Part shown: in pieces, positions 61,401 to 64,000 of the stretch | How positions within the stretch are numbered: the first letter of the stretch is position 1 | Layout of the letters: each line of letters opens with the position of its first letter | Assembly: GCF_009914755.1 (NCBI RefSeq) | Contig: NC_060948.1 | Origin: the human T2T-CHM13v2.0 reference genome, Homo sapiens | Reading direction: 5' to 3' (one strand) | Length of the DNA: 64,000 bases | Notes under the pieces: generated by a model | The model's input: the letters and a program-made list of their open reading frames with translations, nothing else | Database searches by the model: none | What the model was told of the DNA's origin: nothing | Program-made: the position numbers and the translations under genes

Positions 61401-64000
61401 AAAGTGTTGAAATAGAATGGAATGGACTCGTTTGGAATGGTCTAGTATGCAATGCAATCGACTGGCAGGGAATCAAAAGGAATGTAATCGAATGGATTGG
61501 ACTGGAATGCAATGGACTCGAATAGATTGGAAACGGAAAGCAAAGGAATGGAATGGAATAGTATGGAATGGAATGGAAAGGAATGGAGTGGAATAGACTA
61601 GAGTGGAATGGAATGGACTGGAAAGCAATGGACTGGAATGGAACTTTCTTGAATGGACTGGAATCAAACGGAATGGAATGCAATGCAATCAAATGGCATG
61701 GAATAAAATAGAATGAAAGAGAATCAAATGGAATTGAATCGAATGGAATCGAATGGATTGGAAAGGAATAGAATGGAATGGAACGGAATTGACTCAAATG
61801 GAATGGACTAGAATGGAATGGATTCGAATGGAAGGCAAATGAATGGAATCTATTGGAATGGACTGTAATGGAATGGAATGGAAGGGATTGGAATGGACTC
61901 GAATGGAATGGACTGCAATAGAAAGGATTCGAATGGAATGAAAAAGAATTGAATGGAATAGAACAGAATGGAATCAAATCGAATGAAATGGAATGGAAGA
62001 GAAAGGAATGGAATGAAATGGAATGGAAAGGATTCGAATGGAATGCAATCGAATGGAATGGAATCGAACGGAATGGAATAAAATGGAAGAAAACTGGCAA
62101 GAAATGGAATCGAAATGAATGGAGTGTTATGGAACGGACTCAAAAGGAATTGAATGTAATAGAATGGAGTGGAGTGGACTCGAATATAATGGACTGGAAT
62201 GGAATGAAATCACATGGAATGGGAACGAATGGAATGGAATGGAAAGGAATGGAATCGAATGGAAAGGAATCGAATGGAAGGGAATGAAATTGAATCAACA
62301 GGAATGGAAGGGAGTAGAATAGACGGTAATGGAATGGACTCGAATAGAATGGACACGAATGCTCAAATTGAATGCACTCGAATGGAATGGAAACGAAAGG
62401 AATGTCATCGAATGGAATTGAATCGATTGGAATGAAATCGCATAGAATGGAGTGGAATCAAATGGAATTGAATCGAAAGGAAAGGAAGCGAATGGACTGA
62501 AATGAAATGGAATGGAATTGAATGGAAAGTAATGCAATGGAATAGAATGGAACGAAATTTCACGGAATGGAATCAAACTGAATGGAATCAAATCAATGGA
62601 ATATAATCAAATGGAATGGAAAGGAATTGAATGGAGTAGATTGGATTGGATGGGATTGGAATGAAATGTACTGGAAAGGACTCGAAATTCATGAAACGGA
62701 ATGGAATGAACTGGAACGGAATGGACTCGAATGGAATGGAATGTCATGGAATGGCATCAAATGGAATGGAATCGAATGCGATGGAATGCTATGGAATGGA
62801 ATGGAATGCATTGGAATGGAATGTCCTCTAATGGAATGTATTCGAGTGGAATGGAATCGAATATAATGGAGTCTAATGAAATGGAATTGAAAGGAATGGG
62901 ACCGAATACAATGGAATAAACTGGTATGTAATGTAATGAACTCGAATGTAATTGACTGGAATGGAATGTACATGAATGGAATGTAATCGAATGGAAAGCA
63001 ATCCAATGGAATAGAATCTAATGCAATAAAATCGACTCAAATAGAGTAGAATGTAATGGAATGGAGTGCAGTGCAATGGAATGGAATGGAATGCAACGGA
63101 ATGGAATGGAATGGAATGGAATGGGATGGAATGGTATGGAATGGATAGTAATGGACTGGAGTGAAATGGACTGGAAAAGAATGGACTCAAATTGAAAGGG
63201 CTCGAAAGGAATGGAGTCAAATGGAATGGTCTGGAATGGAATGAACACGAATGTAATGCAATCCAATAGAATGGAATCGAATGGCATGGAATATAAAGAA
63301 ATGGAATCGAAGAGAATGGAAACAAATGGAATGGAATTGAATGGAATGGAATTGAATGGAATGGGAACGAATGGAGTGAAATTGTATGCAGTAGAAGAGA
63401 ATAGAATGGAATGCAAGCGAAAGGAAAGGAATGGATTGGAATGGAATGGAATTCATTGGAATGGAAGGGAATGTAGTGTAATGGACAGGCCTGGAATAAA
63501 GTGGAATGCTACGGTCTCGAATGGAATAAAAATGTATGGAATGGAATGCAATGAAACGGAATCGAATGTCATAGAATGTAATGGAATGCAAAAAAATGGA
63601 CTCCAAAATCATTGACTGGAAAGGCTGGGTGTCGAAAGGAATTGACTCCAATGGAATGGAATCGAATGGAATGGAAGTGAATAGAATCGAACTAAATCGA
63701 ATGGAATGGAATTGATAGGAACGGAATGGAAAGGAATGCAATGATTTGGCATGGAATGGAATCGAAAGGCATCGAATGGAATGGAATGGAATGCAATGGA
63801 ATGGAATGTATTAGAATGTAATGAACATTAATGGAAAGTACTCGAATGGATTCGACTGGAATGGAATGTTCTGGAAGTGAATGGACTCCAATGGAATGGA
63901 TTCGAAAGGAATGGAATCGAACGGAATGGAATTAAACGGAAATGAATCAAATAGAATAGAACGGAATTGAATTGAATGGAATCGAATGCAATGGAATCTA
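19693..64000 (+). repeat. DYZ1 / HSat3 satellite array (degenerate GGAAT pentamers, ~3.5 kb unit; GGAAT on the + strand throughout)
   Basis: The landmark acaGGCCtg (HaeIII) occurs at 24557, 28106, 31650, 35199, 38733, 42302, 45841, 49384, 52923, 56460, 59974 and 63488 (spacings 3549, 3544, 3549, 3534, 3569, 3539, 3543, 3539, 3537, 3514, 3514). A conserved EcoRI site lies 39 bp upstream (e.g. 24518, 45802). This fits the classical ~3.56 kb DYZ1 unit. Confidence 0.95.

Noticed and set aside
19743-63741. Hundreds of ORFs (MEWNG.. on plus, FHSIP.. on minus, up to 275 aa)
   Set aside because: They are direct translations of (GGAAT)n/(ATTCC)n, whose pure form has no stop codons. They occur in all frames and recur with the satellite period.
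19693-64000. Inversion or foreign insertion within the DYZ1 array
   Set aside because: GGAAT stays on the + strand throughout and the landmarks are collinear. I saw no CATTC-oriented block or non-satellite insert.

Overview
This window is non-coding primate satellite DNA, recognisable as a human Y chromosome Yq12 heterochromatin block boundary. Bases 1-19692 are a tandem array of the ~2.42 kb DYZ2 (HSat1B) composite unit: a minus-strand Alu, a ~570 bp HSATI segment and a ~1.56 kb extremely AT-rich block. Bases 19693-64000 are a tandem array of the ~3.5 kb DYZ1 (HSat3, GGAAT/CATTC-based) unit. I see no credible gene; all listed ORFs are repeat artefacts. I found no new coding or mobile-element system. 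The informative signal is structural: a sharp DYZ2/DYZ1 junction, older and rearranged units on both sides of it, an Alu-less fused DYZ2 unit, and nested recent duplications inside DYZ1 (7093 bp and 7082 bp dimers; 3569 bp and 3514 bp monomer copies). Family names come from recognition, not a database search. Coordinates and spacings were counted by eye from landmark motifs.
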